Origin: Candidatus Termititenax sp.
GTDB taxonomy: Bacteria; Margulisbacteria; Riflemargulisbacteria; GWF2-35-9; DYQY01
Reading direction: 5' to 3'
DNA: 64,000 nt
Assembly: GCA_020719045.1 (NCBI GenBank)
Contig: DYQY01000001.1
Location: 58,516-122,515, forward strand
In this document: positions 60,329 to 64,000 of the stretch, one piece after another
Layout of the letters: every line of letters starts with the position of its first letter
How positions within the stretch are numbered: position 1 is the first letter of the stretch
Position numbers and translations under genes: made by a program
The notes under the pieces: model-generated
The model's input: the letters and a program-made list of their open reading frames with translations, nothing else
Told to the model about the DNA's origin: nothing
Database searches by the model: none

Positions 60329-61351
60329 TTACAACCTTATAATATTTAAATTGCTTAGCTTGTCTTGATGTCTCTCATCTGTTGCTGTAAGAATTTTTTG
60401 ATGGTCATTATCTATTAGTTCATAAAAAATAGTCTGTCTTTCATCATCTAAACCTAGAAACGCATCATCTAAAAGCAACACTGGCTTAATATTTAGTTTG
60501 CTATTAAATAGTTGTTTTTCACTTACTTTCATTATTAAGCTTATTAGTCTTTTTTCTCCTGTTGAACTATACTTCTTAGCTTCTTTTGTGTTTAATAAAA
60601 TTTCAAAGTCATCTCTGTGAGATCCATATAAACACTCTTTATAATTTATCTCTTTCTTAACATCTGAGTTAATGAAAGTGTCTATATATCTCAAACTAAT
60701 TGCTCCTACTTCTGGATAATGTATTTTTAAATAATTATTAGATGTTTCTTCTATTTCCTCAAGCAAAAGACTTCTATTCTTCACTATCTTAATGTTTACC
60801 TTCTGAAGTTGTTCCTGATAAACACTTAGTAGCTGCTCGTTTATACGAGGCTCCTTTAATGTTTTTCGCTTAATGTCTATTAGTCTTTTTTGTTCTTTTA
60901 TATTATCAATATAGCCTGTTTCTGTTTTGGTTAATATTGTATCTAAGTATCTCCTTCTAATGCTTGGTGAGCCATCAATAATCGTAACGTCATTTGGTGA
61001 TATTAGGATGGCTGTAAACTCTTTTAATAAATCTGATGACTTACTAAGAAGGTTATTATTAAGTGATATTTTCTTAAATCCATCTTCTTTAAAAATAATA
61101 TTGATTTTGCTTACCTTTTTTTCATTTACCACTTCAGCTATAAGTGATGATTCGTTTTTGGTAAAACTTATTATTTCTTTATTTGTGTTTGTTTTAAATG
61201 ATTTGGTTGATGAAAAAAAATTTATTGCTTCAATAAGGTTACTTTTACCTTTACCATTTAAACCAATAATTAAATTATTAGTATCAGTAAAGGTAAATTT
61301 CTTATCAGTAAAAGTTCTAAAGTTATATAAATAAATACTCTTTATGAGCAT
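60329..61351 (-). CDS. recF: DNA replication/repair protein RecF
   Basis: GLNGKGKSNLIEAI, PSIRRRYLD, SHRDD, STGEKR and LLLDD. Confidence 0.92.
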   Translation of the reverse strand: MLIKSIYLYNFRTFTDKKFTFTDTNNLIIGLNGKGKSNLIEAINFFSSTKSFKTNTNKEIISFTKNESSLIAEVVNEKKVSKINIIFKEDGFKKISLNNNLLSKSSDLLKEFTAILISPNDVTIIDGSPSIRRRYLDTILTKTETGYIDNIKEQKRLIDIKRKTLKEPRINEQLLSVYQEQLQKVNIKIVKNRSLLLEEIEETSNNYLKIHYPEVGAISLRYIDTFINSDVKKEINYKECLYGSHRDDFEILLNTKEAKKYSSTGEKRLISLIMKVSEKQLFNSKLNIKPVLLLDDAFLGLDDERQTIFYELIDNDHQKILTATDERHQDKLSNLNIIRL

Positions 61352-62463
61352 TACCTTTTAACTTTTATCGGCATCATTATATAAATATATTCTTGATTAT
61401 TATCTTCTTTAATAACCAATGGTTTCTCGTCATTAATAATCTCTATTTTAACATAATCACTTTCAAGACTCTTTAAAACATCCATCATTAGTCTTACATT
61501 AAAAACAACATTAATATTATTATCACCTTCATAAACAATGCTTAGTTTTTCACTTCCATCACCAAAATCAGGTGTTATTGATGATATCACTAGTGCTTTA
61601 TTAACTAACTCTACTTTAACCATATAAGAGTTACGTTGAGCTATAATATTTATACGCTCACACGCATCCAAAAATTCTTTTCTGTTTATCTTAATGTCTA
61701 AGTTTTTCTCTTTAGGAATTAATAAATTATAATCTGGAAATTGTCCGTTTATTAATCTTGAATACATTTGAATATCTTCAATAATAAAAAGAATTTTATC
61801 GTCACTTAGTCTTATTTTTATACTATCTGTTTCTTTAATAGAAAAAATTGAAATAATTTCTTTAATTGTCTTAATTGGTATTATTGCTTTTAAAGAATCT
61901 TTTCCTTCAAACTTAATATCATCTTTTGCTAATCTATAACCATCAGCAGCAACAAATACTATTTTTTTCTTTTCACTACTAATATCTAGTAATACACCAT
62001 TTAATATTACTTTTTCTTCCTCTTCTGAAGCTGCAAAAGAAACTCTTCTTACCATATCTTTAAAAACATCTTTACTTAAAACTATCTCTTTATATTCATC
62101 AATAACCATATTTTCTGGGAATTCTTCAGGGTTAGCAGTAAAAATATTAAATGTTGATTCTCCACTACTTATAAGTAATGTATTATTTTCACTTAAATAC
62201 ATTGATACTTCTTCTGAAGGTAATTTACTAACTATATTATAAAAAGTTTTTGCATGTACAAGTGTTACTCCTTCAGAATCAACTTGTGCATCTAATGTAC
62301 AAATAATATTTGTCTTTAAATTATTTGTTGTGATGATTAGTAAATTACTTTTTGTTTCTAATTTAAAACATTTTAGTGCTTCAACTGTTGTTCTTTCACT
62401 AACTGAGTTCATGCTTATTGATAAAATTTTTAATAGTTTGTTTTTTTCACAGGTTATATTCAT
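61351..62463 (-). CDS. dnaN: DNA polymerase III beta sliding clamp
   Basis: AADGYRLA, GQFPDY, FNVRLMMDVL and YIMMPIK. Confidence 0.95.
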   Translation of the reverse strand: MNITCEKNKLLKILSISMNSVSERTTVEALKCFKLETKSNLLIITTNNLKTNIICTLDAQVDSEGVTLVHAKTFYNIVSKLPSEEVSMYLSENNTLLISSGESTFNIFTANPEEFPENMVIDEYKEIVLSKDVFKDMVRRVSFAASEEEEKVILNGVLLDISSEKKKIVFVAADGYRLAKDDIKFEGKDSLKAIIPIKTIKEIISIFSIKETDSIKIRLSDDKILFIIEDIQMYSRLINGQFPDYNLLIPKEKNLDIKINRKEFLDACERINIIAQRNSYMVKVELVNKALVISSITPDFGDGSEKLSIVYEGDNNINVVFNVRLMMDVLKSLESDYVKIEIINDEKPLVIKEDNNQEYIYIMMPIKVKR

Positions 62464-62683
62464 ATTACTACTCCTTATTATTTTTATATATTCAACCCTT
62501 ATTCATCATAGGTGTTTATATCTAGAACAACTTTAATTTTATCGATTGTTATCATGAAATAATCTCCACAACTTATAAGATTATATTCCTAGTGTTATCA
62601 ACAAAATTATAATTATTTAACTTATCCCCTTTTTATCTAAACTTATTAATAAGTTATTAACAACATTATCAACAAAATAAAAT
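62464..62683. other. Probable oriC (dnaA-dnaN intergenic), AT-rich, with variant DnaA boxes
   Basis: TTATCAACA at 62595 and 62666, TTATTAACA at 62654, TTATCCCCT at 62622; position is typical of Firmicutes-type origins. Confidence 0.6.
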
Positions 62684-64000
62684 TTAGTCTATTAGTGTTG
62701 TTTTAATCTGATTTAAGGCACTTTTTAAATCAGTATTTTTTTTAATATCAGTTCTAACTTTATCACAAGCATGCATTACAGTCGTGTGATCTCTACCACC
62801 AAAATTTTCACCTATCTTAGGTAAAGAAAAATTAGTGAGTTCTCTACATAAAAACATAGCAACTTGTCTAGCGTGAGCTATTTCTTTAGTTCTAATTTTA
62901 GCTGAAAGTCCTTCATATTCAATATTATAGTACTCAGCAACTGATTTTTTTATTTTTGAGATAGAGATAGGTTTTTTAGAATTGTTTTTTACAATGTCTT
63001 TTATTACATCTTTAGCGAGATTTATATTAATTTCTTGGTTAATAAGTGACGAATAAGCAATAATTTTAATTAAAGCACCCTCTAGTTCTCTGATGTTGCC
63101 AGGAATTTGAGAAGCAATGTAATAGATAACATCTTGAGGGATGTTTTGAAATTCAGGTTCTAATTTTTTATATAAGATAGCCATTCTTGTTTCTAAGTCA
63201 GGAGCTTGGATATCAGCTGATAAACCCCATTCAAATCGAGACTTAAGTCTATCCTGAATAGATGGTATATCTTTAGGAAGCCTATCAGAAGTAATAACTA
63301 TTTGTTTATTAAGTTGATACAAGTAATTAAATGTATGGAAAAATTCTTCTTCTGTTTTTTCTTTACCAGCGATAAACGGAATATCGTCGATAAGCAAAAC
63401 ATCAACTTTTCTATATTTTTCTCTAAATTCGTTAATTTTATTATTTTGAAGAGAACTAATAAGATGGTTAGTAAATTCTTCTGCGGTAATATATAAAATC
63501 TTTAAATATGGATGAAGGTCTTGAACTTTATGGCCAATAGCATGCATTAGGTGAGTTTTCCCAAGTCCAACACCACCGTAAATAAAGAAAGGATTATAAG
63601 CTTTCCCTGGTGCTTTAGCGACAGCAAGTGAAGCAGCATGACTAAAACGATTACTTTGACCAACAACATAAGAGTCGTAGGTATACTTAGGGTTAAGCAT
63701 ATAAGCAGATTCCTGCGGTTCTATACTAAAAGCTTTTCTTTCAACAGGCTTTTCTAGCTCTGAATTTTTAGAAAGACGCTCATTTTCAGTTGCGTAATGC
63801 TCATCCTCAACTATTTGTTTCATTTGCTCATTAACATTAAGCTCAAGGATGATATCTATATTAAAATTCTGTTTTACAGACTTTTTAATATGATAATCGC
63901 ATTTTTCGTAAACCCATTTTTTCATAAAAGCATTGGGCACCCCTAAAATAAGGGAGTTATTAAGAAACGAAATTGGTTTGACAGCTTTTTGAAAAGTAGA
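62684..64000 (-). CDS. dnaA: Chromosomal replication initiator DnaA (5' end outside the window)
   Basis: GGVGLGKTHL, LLIDD, SRFEWGL and GGRDHTTVMHA; frame is open to the window edge. Confidence 0.98.
   Translation of the reverse strand, partial: STFQKAVKPISFLNNSLILGVPNAFMKKWVYEKCDYHIKKSVKQNFNIDIILELNVNEQMKQIVEDEHYATENERLSKNSELEKPVERKAFSIEPQESAYMLNPKYTYDSYVVGQSNRFSHAASLAVAKAPGKAYNPFFIYGGVGLGKTHLMHAIGHKVQDLHPYLKILYITAEEFTNHLISSLQNNKINEFREKYRKVDVLLIDDIPFIAGKEKTEEEFFHTFNYLYQLNKQIVITSDRLPKDIPSIQDRLKSRFEWGLSADIQAPDLETRMAILYKKLEPEFQNIPQDVIYYIASQIPGNIRELEGALIKIIAYSSLINQEININLAKDVIKDIVKNNSKKPISISKIKKSVAEYYNIEYEGLSAKIRTKEIAHARQVAMFLCRELTNFSLPKIGENFGGRDHTTVMHACDKVRTDIKKNTDLKSALNQIKTTLID

Overview
AT-rich bacterial chromosome segment that ends in the dnaA-oriC-dnaN-recF-DUF721-gyrB-gyrA-ychF origin cluster. 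It has Terrabacteria-type synteny (sepF/yggT/yggS, divIC-S1, rpsP-khpA-ylqD-rimM-trmD-rplS-lepB) together with likely diderm features; a Margulisbacteria-like lineage is a guess, not shown. Most of the window is housekeeping (pyk, eno, pgk, metG, clpC, glnK-amtB, rnpB, tRNA-Arg). Two accessory systems stand out. (1) At 33.7-45.4 kb, a tightly packed operon encodes a FliF-like ring domain fused to FliG(M+C), a second FliG-like protein, MotA, MotB and a 2617-aa Ig-repeat surface protein with a T9SS/FlgD-like C-terminal domain. No flagellar export, switch or axial genes are nearby, and a 1692-aa SprA-like predicted outer-membrane protein lies 3.4 kb away. This is a candidate non-flagellar rotary motor for secretion or adhesin movement. 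(2) At 0-7.9 kb, an ArsR-led thiol/metalloid operon contains an ArsM-like methyltransferase, a 39-aa CC..CC..C peptide missing from the ORF track and translationally coupled to a radical SAM/SPASM enzyme, Cys-rich DUFs and two atypical thioredoxin reductases. Smaller observations: an apparent strand-skew flip near 9.4-9.6 kb beside an orphan gene start, a 284-nt RNase P RNA, an IS256-like remnant, a protist-type NDK-like protein, a GyrB insertion and variant DnaA boxes. All family assignments come from motif recognition by eye; no searches were run.
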